Both the position numbers and the translations under genes were made by a program. This document shows, in pieces, positions 1 to 13,188 of a DNA stretch of 64,000 nucleotides; position 1 is the stretch's first letter, and every line of letters starts with the position of its first letter. Source of the DNA: Syncephalis fuscata S228 (taxonomy: Eukaryota; Fungi; Zoopagomycota); contig JAHLTZ010000003.1 in the NCBI GenBank assembly GCA_025786725.1, forward strand, positions 372,001 through 436,000, read 5' to 3'. The notes below the pieces were generated by a model. The model was not told where the DNA came from and made no database searches. It saw nothing but the letters and a program-made list of their open reading frames with translations.

Positions 1-358
1 GCTAATGAGGTGTGTATGCATGAATAGTGTAATAACATATTTTACCGATCAGTGTTTACTAGCTGTTGAATGCAAATGCAAATAAACAAAACTATGGAAA
101 GTGCTTAAATATAATTAAAATGAAATCATGTATTTATTACCAATTTGCACAGTTGAATAGGCATAACTCAGACTTGTTGACAATACGATGATGCTATTGA
201 TTAATAGTTGAATAAAACGAGAGCATTGGCTGTAACTTGGTATGTAAGTGAAATGAATGATCGTCATTGAATGGTCTTGATTTTGCCAAAGATATGCCTA
301 ATATATTGCTCTGGCACCTCCATTTACACCACCAATGCTAATCTATTGAATATACAGG

Positions 359-1021
359 CTAAACTGTATCGATAGTATATATGTAGAATGTGCCATATAA
401 GCAGCATATAAATTAATGCTATACGATGTCACTTACATTCTATTAATACAAGTTATCAAGTGCACACATTGAATGACATGTAAAAAATATAAAATTGGTT
501 AATATAGCATACTACTTACCAACTATCAATATAGTTATTAAATATACACAACGTATATTGTTTAATTAGCATATAGCTATTTAATATAAAATGCCACTTA
601 CCAGCTATTGATATTAGATTGTTAAACACACACAGCGCATAGCATGTAATTAGTTTATATTTATTTGATACAAAACATCACTTGCCAACTATTAGTATTA
701 TTATTGGATATGCATAATATATAAAATATAATTGGTATGTAACCAAACAATATACAATTCCACTTACTGGCAGCTGTTATGTGTTATAATGGCCATCATG
801 TGTATAATAGTGTCGATAAGTGTTGGAATAATGATCCATAATCACAACTTATGTTCTAATGATGCATTAGGTAAACATAGTGTTAATAAGTATACTAATT
901 TACATATTTATTGTAATTGCAACATACCACGGCGAGCTAGAACTGGCTTAGCATCCACCACAATCATAGTGGCCACAAGAGCCACGACAATGGTACCGAC
1001 GACAGCAATAGAAAGATTCAT
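359..1021 (-). CDS. Micro-exon secreted-peptide gene, copy A (short; possibly partly degenerate)
   Basis: Exon 1 (1021-928) reads MNLSIAVVGTIVVALVATMIVVDAKPVLARR+G then gtatgt, clearly homologous to the exon at 33305. Micro-exons follow: [aac 855-853, donor ATAAGT instead of GTAAGT], ctgcca 773-768, ttg 688-686 (GC donor), ctg 604-602, ttg 522-520, aat 439-437, last exon tt-TAG 363-359. Spliced tail is EPAIAVEF* with the aac exon, or AAIAVEF* without it. Confidence 0.7.
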
Positions 1022-1887
1022 GTTAATACTGGATCGTTAAAAGAAACAAGTAGAATGGAAGATGGTATGTGTTTATTATAAATAATCCGATACATAGGCG
1101 GTAGAAATCTACATACAAGTCTATACAGCACCATTACACAGCTCAACTACACGTCGCAAACTAGATCTATTGGCTTTAAAAAAACAGCGACAATGCGCCA
1201 TTATGCTTCTATTGTCACTTTTACCGGCAAAATCAATTTCCATACTTGCATGCATTCCAAACAGTCCATAACATCAATGCAACAGTAACATTGATACGCT
1301 GTAATATTGCTTATTGCAGGACCTATCACTATGCATAGACTAGTCGTACTGTCTAGAACTATGAGGATATACCGATTGACGTGTACTTGTTCAAATTAAC
1401 ATTGCACCTTGACTACAGGAATAAACAGCTCATTTTAGCACTATAATATCAACTATCAATACAAAATGTTTTAACAAACAGTTTCTAGCATTGGCTATTG
1501 GATGTTGGATAGCAGCATTTATAATAAGGCATCAAGTTTAGCATTGATATTATTAATTGTTTGGTCATTAGGCAATGTAAAGACGCTAAACTGCACCATC
1601 AAACTGTCTATTACATATAGTTAGTTCTGAGTGTACAGCAATAATACGCGGCCTATTAATCAGTGGTAATCTTAATGCACATATGAGTTATTTAGCCAAT
1701 AAACAAATAAAATACTATGGTATAATAGAACATACTAACAGTGAAATAATAATAAATAATTCATTTTTTAAAAATAAACCATTTGTAATTATATTTATAT
1801 CAACACAAGAATGATGACGATTATATCAGGGTGCAACAGTGCAAATAACACTCGTTTTACTTGACTATTTCCATTCCAACTACAATT

Positions 1888-3869
1888 ATGTTACAGTCAA
1901 CGCCCAAGGACGCGCCACCCGGCGAGCGTACAGTATGGGCACGTAATGCACTACTGCTTATCGGTATCATATTCCACGTTACTTATATCTTTAGTATTTT
2001 CGACATTTACTTTACATCGCCACTTGTGCATGGTATGGGCCAGCACCGTTTATCGACCCCCGAAGCACCAGCCCGCCGTCTTGTACTATTTGTCGCTGAT
2101 GGATTACGCGCAGATCGACTATTTGAACCACTGCCCACTATTCAAGATGGTCATAGTGAAGAGCCACAACTACTCGCCAGTGACGGTTCGGTAACACGCG
2201 CTCCATTTCTACACGATATTCAAACACGCGTTGGTTCCTGGGGCGTGTCTCATACTCGTGTTCCAACCGAATCACGTCCCGGTCACGTCGCAGTCATTGC
2301 TGGATTCTACGAAGATGTAAGTGCCGTAACCAAAGGTAAGTATTCAACAAATAAAACAATTACTCCTACATATCATAACACTTATATCCATAATCATCAG
2401 GCTGGAAAATGAATCCAGTAGATTTTGACTCAATATTTAATCAAACAGAACATACTTGGTCATTTGGATCACCGGATATTCTACCAATGTTTGCTCATGG
2501 TGCATCAGATCCTGATCGTGTTGAAACATTTATGTATAGCGCAGAAGAGGAAGATTTTGCCCGTGGTAATTATAGATAGAATCATCAATACATATATATA
2601 TATATATACTGTTGAACTAATCAGTAGTAATCATGTTATGATAGAGGCATCTATTCTTGATACATGGGTATTTGATCATTTTGAAGCACTTTTAGAACGT
2701 TCACGTACCGATGAGCGTCTTCGAGAACAACTAGCCAAGGATCGAATTGTATTCTTTCTACATCTTATTGGACTTGATACAAATGGACATGCATTCCGAC
2801 CACATTCAAAGGAGTAAGTATAACTAGATAGATGGATGGATGGATAGTTAGTAATAGGCTTATAAATAACTACTAGATATTTAAATAACATTCGTCTAGT
2901 GGATAAAGGTGTTCAACGTATTCAAAACTTGATTGAGGCTTATTACAACGATAAAAAGACATCTTATGTATTCACAGCCGATCATGGTATGGGCAATCGA
3001 GGTAAGTATCTATACTAATATATAATACATAATATAATAACACGATCAATAGGTGCACATGGTGATGGTGATCCAGATAACACTAGAACACCACTTATTG
3101 CATGGGGTGCAGGTGTAAAAGGACCAGAATTAAATGGACAAGGTCATGATGACTTTTCAGAATCATGGACAAGTCTTAAACAAATAGCCCGTAAAGATGT
3201 GGCACAAGCAGATATTGCACCATTAATGGCATCATTATTGGGCATTAACTATCCAGTTAACAATGTTGGTGTATTACCAGTTGGTTATTTGGGTGGATCT
3301 GATGAATTTAAAGCTCGATCGGCATTAACAAATGCACAGCAAATACTTGAACAATATCTGGTAAAAGAAGGTAAATAATAGTTATAGTATTTATATTGTA
3401 AAATCAAATAACATTTACATATGATGATAATGATATGTAGAAAGTAAACGACGAACAGAAATTGGTTTTAGACCCTTTGAACCATTAAAAGATCAACAGT
3501 CAATAGATAAACTTGATTATATTAAACAATTAGTTGACAGTAAAGATTATACCACAGCAACAACAGCAGCCATTGATCTAATTCAGGAATGTTTACAAGG
3601 ATTGCGCTATTATCAAACGTGAGTATTACGTCAATTGATAGATGTTATAAGATATTAGTTGATTAATGGTATAATTCTAGTTATGATTGGCGCTTTTTAA
3701 GATCAATTGTATCTATTGGATATATTGGATGGATTGCTTATAGTTTACTATTTATCATTAATGTTTATGTATTTGAAGGAAAGAGTAAACATTTAACTAC
3801 AGTAATACAAAGTTCGACAATAAATCAATCATCATCCAATAGATTTGTAAGTAACTAATAATCCAAATA

Positions 3870-3923
<54 letters not shown>

Positions 3924-5786
3924 ATTATGGATTAGATTAATGGTATGGCAGTTATTTGTGCATTAATCATGTCAGCCATTTTATACATTCAAGGATCACC
4001 GACTATGTATTACTTTTACGTGGCATTTCCCATATTCTTTTGGCATCAAGTTTTACAACAACATCACACGTTTGCTCGTTTATTCTACGGACAAGCATCT
4101 GAGAATGACTCTACTTTGAAGCGTCGTTATAGTTGGTTAAATGTATTACTCTATGTATTATTATTGGTTGGTGCGCTTGAAGTATTAGTAAGTCATTATA
4201 TACATATTACTATTGTTACAACTGTTATAATCTAATATTATTCTCTTATAGGTATATAGTTACTTTGAACGACGTATACTTACCATCTGTTTATGGTTAT
4301 TGGCATGTTGGCCATTCACTGCACCTGCTCCATTCAGATCTCATCATCGACTGTTGATTGGTATGTGGCAAATTGCTTGTATTGTCACATCGATATTTCC
4401 CATATTGCCAGTTGAGAAGGGCGATGATATTACACTAGTGTAAGTATTCTAGTCATAGTTATATATAATGGAACTAAATAATAGAAATATAATTAGTATG
4501 GCTGGTGGTGTTGCGACTTTAACTGTAGCAATCATTTACTTGGTAAAAACTGGTCCTTCACTTCGTTCCAATTCTCAGTCTAGTTATTCGTTCTATCTTA
4601 CATTGTGGCAGGTTAGTGCTCAATTGTTTAATACTATAATGAATAAGAGCAACATTTAATGCAGTATCAATTGTTTGTAGATGTTATTGATTATAATAAG
4701 TATGGCTACAACTGCCAGTAGTGTATGGCGACTTGAACAACGACAAGGCTTACCATGGTGGAATCAAATAATAGGATGGTCTACATTGGGTAATACATTG
4801 TTTAACAATAGTATTGTATTATTAATATTAATATTAATATATAACTATAATGGATATTATTATTATTATTAGGATTGTCGTTAATTACACCATTAGCAAT
4901 AAGTAATAGTACTCAGCATTATTTATACCGATTGGTCACTATATTTTTGACATTTGCACCCACATATATTCTACTAAGTATATCGTATCCTTTTAGCTAT
5001 AATATCTATAATGATGATTACATAGGTTATTTATTAACTAATCAGATACGAGATGTTATTCTATGTGGCTTTTTCGACTGTTCTCGTATGTTGGATGTTT
5101 TTGGAACGTCGTCTATATGCTTATAAACAACTAGAAAGCTTTAATGACGATGATATAAGTGTGGGTGACTAATGATAGTTACGAGTTGTCTATTATGTTA
5201 ATTGAAATGAATAGAATATATCCCTGCCTATTGAGGCATTGAATCGCTCGTTACGTCGACAAGATGCCCGTACAGCTATATTTTTCATATCCTTTTATAA
5301 TATTTGTATATCAAATCATTCATTAGAGCATCTTTAACTTGTGTGTAATACTTGCTTTTTGTTAATGTAGCCTTTTTTGGCACGGGTAATATTGCGTCGA
5401 TTAGCTCGTTTAATCTATCCTCCGTTTATCGACTTACCACTACATTCGATCCATTCTTAATGGCTGCACTACTGATATTCAAGATTCTTATTCCGTTCTT
5501 TGTGCTATCGGCCGTGTTTGGTGTGGCAAGTCGTGCACTGGATCTGCCACCATTCAGTCTATTTTTACTTGTGCTATCCACGACTGACGTCATGACATTG
5601 AACTTTTTCTTCCTTGTCCGTGACGATGGTAGCTGGCTTGAAATCGGTACTAGTATTAGTCACTTCTGTATTAGTTCAGGTTTCGTTGTTTTTACAACTA
5701 TTCTATTCTGTGTATCCCATTTGATGGTGGGACATGTCCTTGTCCCAACCTCAATAGTATCCCGCACACAAAAGAAGAATACTTAG
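1888..5786 (+). CDS. MCD4: GPI ethanolamine phosphate transferase 1 (PIG-N/Mcd4), multi-exon
   Basis: Motifs [73 protein letters not shown] and [13 protein letters not shown], spread across GT-AG and AT-AC introns. Confidence 0.95.
3871..3919. repeat. (ATT)n microsatellite in an MCD4 intron
   Basis: About 16 perfect ATT units. Confidence 0.95.
4985..5045 (+). other. GT-AG intron with U12-type 5' splice site
   Basis: Begins GTATCCTTTT; removal restores LLSIS|YEMLFY of PIG-N. Confidence 0.6.
5287..5351 (+). other. AT-AC (U12-type, minor spliceosome) intron
   Basis: ATATCCTTTT at 5287, branch TCTTTAAC at 5331-5338, ends AC at 5350-5351. Removal joins RTAIFF|[16 protein letters not shown] in frame. 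Confidence 0.85.
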
Positions 5787-6586
5787 TGTTTTGTTTATTA
5801 AATAATGAAAAATCTAGTAAATATTATAAATAAACTTGATGCTAATTGACATTAACAACACTAGTAATAAGTTGAATATATTTATTATTATATACTCATG
5901 TATTTAATCAATTAAGTACTCGTTATTCAATTAAAGCTGTTGTGATACGTTGCACAATACTTCATTTGATGAAACTGAAGACATGTAATATACTTATAAA
6001 TATAAATTGTACCCGTAAGGTACTGACCTTGTACGATGGATCTAAATGTATTCAAAGCTAGTACTAATAAATATGTTAATCCTTGTTAATTAAATAAATA
6101 ATAATAAACATTAGTAAATTTTATTTTCTATTTATTATAAGTTAAGGTTTGTTATATCTAATGAAATGAATAATGACATGACAATGGGTCAGTAATTAAG
6201 TTACTCGTTCTATAATATGGATCGTGAACTAAAGGCCTTTACCATTAGTTTTTGCTATGAAAAGAAAGTCGACTAACGTTGACACCATCCAAAGAGTATT
6301 TTAAATACTTGTGCTACAATTTATCATTGACTATATAGGCCTTGTAGACAATATCAATGAAACAAGCAGTAATTGTTATTATCAGGCGTAACGTGTTTAC
6401 TCTGTACTACATAAAGTTAGTCACGCCAACCGAGCAGCTGAACACCTTAATTTTACTATTTAACATCGGTCTATTCAAAGCAATATGTACATTAATTATT
6501 CACTCATACTCAATAACCAAGTCTTTACCATTTGTCATCGTATTAGGCGATCAGACAATCTACATTTTAACAATCCAATTAGTGTC

Positions 6587-8552
6587 ATAATTAAAATTAA
6601 CAAGCTTTATTGGACAGCTTTTATTTTTGCTATAACGTTTATTATCCAGCATGCTAACGTACCTTCATACTATTTTGTGGTACTCGTCGTGATTAATGCC
6701 GCTAGCCTTGCGTGTCGGAACGAGTCAACGTTGCGCCCATTGAAGCTGGTCCATTGCCTAAATACGAGGTATCCTTGCTTTCTCCTACTCTACAACGACA
6801 TGGTAATCAATTTGCACCATCTGGTAAACCAGAAGATGTGGCCAGGGCTTTTGTTCGCCAGCAACTTAAATTCAAAGATAATGACTATGTAGTGAAAAGC
6901 TTCTATGCTACAGAATCCACTGGTGTAACACATGTCTACCTTAAACAGCTGTTCCAGGGTATTGAAGTAGCCAATGGTGATATTTCTGTACACGTCGATG
7001 CCAAAGGCGCAGTAATTGCGTATGGTGATGGTTTCTATTACGGTACCGATGCTTCAAAGCGCAATCTATGGGCCGGCCAATCAGCACCACGATTTGTCAA
7101 CCAAGTATGGCATTTGGAAAATTGGCCGATTACATTGGCAAACCAATAGATCCATCCAAGCTTACAACAATTCCCGATACTGACACTCAAAATGACAGCA
7201 AACAACAAAGATTTATTCTGCAAGGTATTCCTTATGCTCAAGATAAGGTTATTGCATAGCAATCCTACATCCACACGGAAAACGAGTTGCTTCAAGCGGC
7301 ATGGGAGTTTTTTATTGATCTTGGTGACAACTATTTTAATGCTCATGTCTCGGCCGATGGCTCAAGCGTATTATCTCTGGCCGATTGGATATCAGATGCA
7401 AGTTACAATGTGCTTAAAGTAGGGATGACGATTTACGTACAGGACAGCGCACTCTAGTGATCGATCCAGCAAATACAAAGGCATCGCCAAAGGGATGGCA
7501 CGACTTTGCCGGTCGCCAAACAACAACAACACGCGGCAATAATGTTGAAGCTATGTCACCTGCTGGAAGATCGGGTGGCCAAAATGTGCAGCCAACCTCG
7601 GCTAATCTTAATTTTGATTTTCCATTAGACTTGGCGAAAGAGCCCAGTAGTTATCGACCGGCGTCTGTCACTAATTTGTTTTACATGAACAATATTATGC
7701 ATGACGTCTTCTACCAATACGGATTCACTGAAGCAGCGGGCAACTTCCAAAATGATAACTACGGCAAGGGCGGCCGTGGTGGGGATTATGTTGAGGCCAA
7801 TGCACAAGACCATCGGGTACGAATAACGCCAACTTTTACACACCTCCTGATGGTCAACGGCCACGTATGCGTATGTTTGCCTGGACACGTACACATCCGG
7901 GACGTGATGGTGATTTTGACAATGATATCATTGCTCACGAGTATTCGCACGGTATTTCTAACCGTCTGACTGGAGGACCCGCAAATTCCAACTGTTTAAG
8001 GGGAGATGAATCGGGCGGTATGGGCGAAGGATGGGGCGATTTTATTGGAATATGGCTTCGTCTCAAGGCAACCGATAAACACGATAAAGTAACCACACTC
8101 GGAGACTATGTGAACTTAAAAGGTATTCGAAGATATGCTTATTCAACCAGTAAAACCGTCAATCCTACAACATATGGTCTTGTGTATAAAAAGAGTTGAC
8201 AGAAGCACATGCCATCGGTGAGATTTGGGCAAATATTTTGTATCAGATGTACTGGAATTTGGTCGATAAAATTGGATTCACTGACGATAAATATTCAGTC
8301 AACACTGACAAGGGAAATACACTTGCTCTTAAGATTATTGTGGATGGCATGAAACTGCAGCCATGCCGTCCAACTTTCGTTTCTGCACGTAACGCAATCC
8401 TCCAAGCAGAGCGTCAAATTACAGGCGGTAAGCACAAGTGCGTCATTTGGGCGGCGTTTGCTACTCGAGGTGTTGGTTTTAAAGCTTCAACCGATGGTCG
8501 TAGCCGTGTCGTTGAGGATTTCTCGCTACCAGCCGAATGTAATAATATTTAA
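6587..8552 (+). pseudogene. Fungalysin (M36) metalloprotease, multiply frameshifted (pseudogene or assembly errors)
   Basis: FTP propeptide (TGVTHVYLKQLFQGIEVANGDI), [34 protein letters not shown] zinc motif, [11 protein letters not shown] and HAIGEIWA, spread over at least 5 frames. The signal-like IKINKLYWTAFIFAITFII begins at ATA with no ATG. Confidence 0.85.
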
Positions 8553-8832
8553 GCGTTAACGTTTTAAATAATAAATAGCTACTTACGTTTTAATACAGTT
8601 AATGTGCTTTGTCAATAATATGAAACTATTGTAGCGATATTTGAGCATAGAAATTGATTGATTATTACCATGTTGTACATAAAAGTATTAATAGAAGCAT
8701 GACGATATGTAGTTTCAATCTATGGTGGAGATCATGTGTTATGATTGATGTTTGAATACAGTAATTGTAATACCAAAAAGGTAATTACAAATATCATAAG
8801 AAGTTGTTTTGCTACATCATTTATTTGCAAAA

Positions 8833-10298
8833 ATTCTTGCTATTTCCTTTAACTAGATTTGTTTCAGCTCAACCACCAATAAGAATTTATTATAGCCACT
8901 TTTAGTAATTGCCCGTGTTTCAACTGCTGAGTTTTAATATTAAATTGCCTGGATTTAGAAATAATTTGTATGCAATACATAGTTCTTTTTGCTTTGGCTG
9001 AGCTATTGAATGTAGAAATAAATAAAAATAGCAATAATACGGAGTCATATTGGAATAGCAAAATGACAATTTATTATTAAGACCACCGCGCTTGCAGCTA
9101 TTTAAGATGCGACAAATAACCACATTCTCTAAACATTATTAACTCTACTCTCCACATACACACATCTTTCCACTTACGCTTTCTCTACCACTTTGACGCT
9201 CTTCACTACGAATAAACACTCACCACAATGCTTGGGTCATTTACAAAAATTTCTAGCATGATATGCATGCTAGTCATGCTGTCAAGTACAACAATGGGTG
9301 CTAACAATGGTAAATATATACATATTTGCGCGTCAATAACCTCTAACTGTGCTATAGTTCTACCTGCAGATAAAACTTTCTTCAATTCAATTAAAATACT
9401 TAAGCGAGAAAAGATCACGATAACCGCAATCAATGAGCAAGATGGCGGAGTGCCTTATGCATTAGGCAAAATCAGCCGTAGCACGTTTAGCTCTGATCCA
9501 ATTGAGATTAGATGTCCAGATAAAGCAACCGAAGCAACCGAGCGTTACATCAAGCTAACGGTATTTAAACATACAATGGTCAAACTCATTTAACTAACAA
9601 TGGATTTATAGAAATATCTGAATACATATAGTGATAGAAATATTGCACGAAACTATATTGCAGGCACACTTATGGCTTTTTCCGTCGGAAGCAGAAATTG
9701 TTTTATTACGGCAAATCCTATAGGTTCAACGCCTTTTAGATATGCGGAAAAAATGTCAACTAACGATCGGGTCACTGATTTGATTTCTTCTCTTAGAAAT
9801 ATCATTATTGCTAGAGCATACTTGGAACAAAATCAGTTGACTGATAAGGAACTGACAAATGATCACATTATCATTTCTGTCAAAAATGGCAAGCCTTTTG
9901 CCACAGTAGCCATGATTCGTCCCCTCAACGAGAAAAATGGCATGCAAATGACCTACATGAATGCCCAAGGCACAGTTCAAGTAAAGTCCAATCAGGGTTC
10001 CTGGTGTCTTGGACAAGTGCTTTTTAGAGCGCTTTTCAGTTCCCTATTCCCAATCAACTATGGTGCACCTACATTCAGTCTTGATAGCTACGTTAATGGA
10101 TTGCCAAAATCTAGAATAAGCTTCCGCTCGTCCAATACCAAGGCTAACAGAGCAAACCTTCTAAACCTATTGATAGGATTTATACAAGCATTACTGTTGC
10201 CGGATGAGAGGCGACCAAATTTTGACAAAGCATTGCAGCTTGCAACAGAGCTTAGCCTAAGTTCACGCTAAGCTAAGAAAGTAGCTACTTTAACGATT
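8833..10298 (+). repeat. Segmental tandem duplication, copy 1 (~1.47 kb)
   Basis: Nearly identical to 11169-12638, offset ~2340 bp. Confidence 0.95.
9228..10271 (+). CDS. Uncharacterised secreted protein, ~330 aa, copy 1 (exons 9228-9560, 9612-10271)
   Basis: Hydrophobic N-terminus MLGSFTKISSMICMLVMLSSTTMG; GT-AG intron 9561-9611 with ACTAAC branch joins the two ORFs in frame. Confidence 0.75.
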
Positions 10299-11168
10299 TT
10301 GAATCAATTATTTGTAGTAATTAAAGATATAATGTAATGAGGCAACATTTTATTGTTTAAATTGCCAATAAAACTAGGCTTAATCTTTACATATTGCATC
10401 AATTATTTAATGAAAACAAAACCATTATTTTTTGCATTGGAGTAACTTTTTGTTACTAAATTGAATGAATTTTACTATTAGATTTCAACTTGGATGCAGC
10501 AATACTAGTGTGTGTTGGTAATCAATAAATTGTAAGTATATATATCGTACTGTAGTTTTTATGGTTGTGTACAATGCGTATTATAATTTGATTAAACAGG
10601 TGTAATGCCATTCAGTGATTTTGGTCCATACTTACTACAGTTTTGATTTATTCAAAATTGCTTATTATAAATTCAGTAATTCTGTTAAGATTCTGGATAA
10701 TCTTTGCCTGCATGACTAATAACAATAAAACTTTTTCATTCATGTTTAAAAAACAATTTCTTTATCGATTGATACCGCTTTTTAGCATATTTTTTATTTA
10801 ATCAATTTAAGCTATTTATAATAAATTGCAATGTTATAATCCAAATAGATGAATATTATGCACATACTGTATGAAAGTATTAATTATAATAATTTGCCGC
10901 ATTTTATTACTAAAAAAACTAGTCAGCTATGTTGCTTTTTTGTGTAATTAAAAATAGCGTTTAGAATGTGATAAATGTGTGCGCTTACAATTCATTAGTA
11001 TAAGAAGAAGCAAATAATTATAATTTTTATTTGGAATACTCGGGCACGCTTGTTTGAAAAAGTTCCCATGTTTCTTTAATTAAATTTATTCTGTTATATT
11101 TTTTTAGTGTAAGAAGCGAATAATTACGCTACTTATTTAGAATACTCGGTGCACGCTTGTTTGTAAAG

Positions 11169-12638
11169 ATTCTCGCTATTTCCTTTAACTAGATTTGCTT
11201 CAGCTCAACCACCAATAAGAATTTATTATAGCCACTTTTAGTAATTGCCCGTGTTTCAACTGCTGAGTTTTAATATTAAATTGCCTGGATTTAGAAATAA
11301 TTTTGTATGCAATACATAGTTCTTTTTGCTTTGGCTGAGCTATTGAATGTAGAAATAAATAAAAATAGCAATAATACGGAGTCATATTGGAATAGCAAAA
11401 TGCCAATTTATTATTAAGACCACCGCGCTTGCAGCTATTTAAGATGCGACAAATAACCACATTCTCTAAACATTATTAACTCTACTCTCCACATACACAC
11501 ATCTTTCCACTTACGCTTTCTCTACCACTTTGACGCTCTTCACTACGAATAAACACTCACCACAATGCTTGGGTCATTTACAAAAATTTCTAGCATGATA
11601 TGCATGCTAGTCATGCTGTCAAGTACAACAATGGGTGCTAACAATGGTAAATATATACATATTTGCGCGTCAATAACCTCTAACTGTGCTATAGTTCTAC
11701 CTGCAGATAAAACTTTCTTCAATTCAATTAAGAAATACTTAAGCGAGAAAAAGATCACGATAACCGCAATCAATGAGCAAGATGGCGGAGTGCCTTATGC
11801 ATTAGGCAAAATCAGCCGTAGCACGTTTAGCTCTGATCCAATTGAGATTAGATGTCCAGATAAAGCAACCGAAGCAACCGAGCGTTACATCAAGCTAACG
11901 GTATTTAAACATACAATGGTCAAACTCATTTAACTAACAATGGATTTATAGAAATATCTGAATACATATAGTGATAGAAATATTGCACGAAACTATATTG
12001 CAGGCACACTTATGGCTTTTTCCGTCGGAAGCAGAAATTGTTTTATTACGGCAAATCCTATAGGTTCAACGCCTTTTAGATATGCGGAAAAAATGTCAAC
12101 TAACGATCGGGTCACTGATTTGATTTCTTCTCTTAGAAATATCATTATTGCTAGAGCATACTTGGAACAAAATCAGTTGACTGATAAGGAACTGACCAAT
12201 GATCACATTATCATTTCTGTCAAAAATGGCAAGCCTTTTGCCACAGTAGCCATGATTCGTCCCCTCAACGAGAAAAATGGCATGCAAATGACCTACATGA
12301 ATGCCCAAGGCACAGTTCAAGTAAAGTCCAATCAGGGTTCCTGGTGTCTTGGACAAGTGCTTTTTAGAGCGCTTTTCAGTTCCCTATTCCCAATCAACTA
12401 TGGTGCGCCTACATTCAGTCTTGATAGCTACGTTAATGGATTGCCAAAATCTAGAATAAGCTTCCGCTCGTCCAATACCAAGGCTAACAGAGCAAACCTT
12501 CTAAACCTATTGATAGGATTTATACAAGCGTTACTGTTGCCGGATGAGAGGCGACCAAATTTTGACAAAGCATTGCAGCTTGCAACAGAGCTTAGCCTAA
12601 GTTCACGCTAAGCTAAGAAAGTAGCTACTTTAACGATC
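11169..12638 (+). repeat. Segmental tandem duplication, copy 2
   Basis: Matches 8833-10298 apart from a few substitutions and indels. Confidence 0.95.
11565..12611 (+). CDS. Uncharacterised secreted protein, copy 2 (exons 11565-11900, 11952-12611)
   Basis: Same structure as copy 1; the 199-aa ORF-track portion of exon 2 is identical in protein sequence. Confidence 0.75.
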
Positions 12639-13188
12639 TTAAATAAAATGTTGTAATAAAAAAGTAATGGTCTAGTGCCAATTATACTTTACTGCTGGTG
12701 TATTGTAAATTATCAAATTATTTATTACCTATTTATTGTAATTTAATGGTAAAATAACAAAGTTTAAAATACTCATCATAGATTTATTATCCAGTATGCA
12801 CATATAAATTGTAATGGTAACATCGCTAATTGCTATTTTACATTATATATATACTATTGTACAATAGCCATGTACTGTTCAAAAATGTTGTTTTTTGCTG
12901 CTAACTCTATTGGTTATAAATATTAACTCATATTAGTACACAATAGTAATGATATATAGGCACAAAACAATAAATATATAGCAATAGGAATTACTACGTC
13001 GTTTCCAAGTCGATGGTATATCTCCATGTTGTAGATATGCCATGATAGCGACTACTATTTCTAAATGTAATGACTTACCAACTTTCAACATAGTATAGAT
13101 ATTAATTATAACATAGGAAACTAACTTTAATCTAAGTTTAATGCTTAATAAATGTATAATAGCGCTAAATGATGGAAAAAACACGTCA

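Noticed and set aside
732-1040. 102-aa plus-strand ORF
   Set aside because: Antisense shadow of micro-exon gene A exon 1 and its introns.
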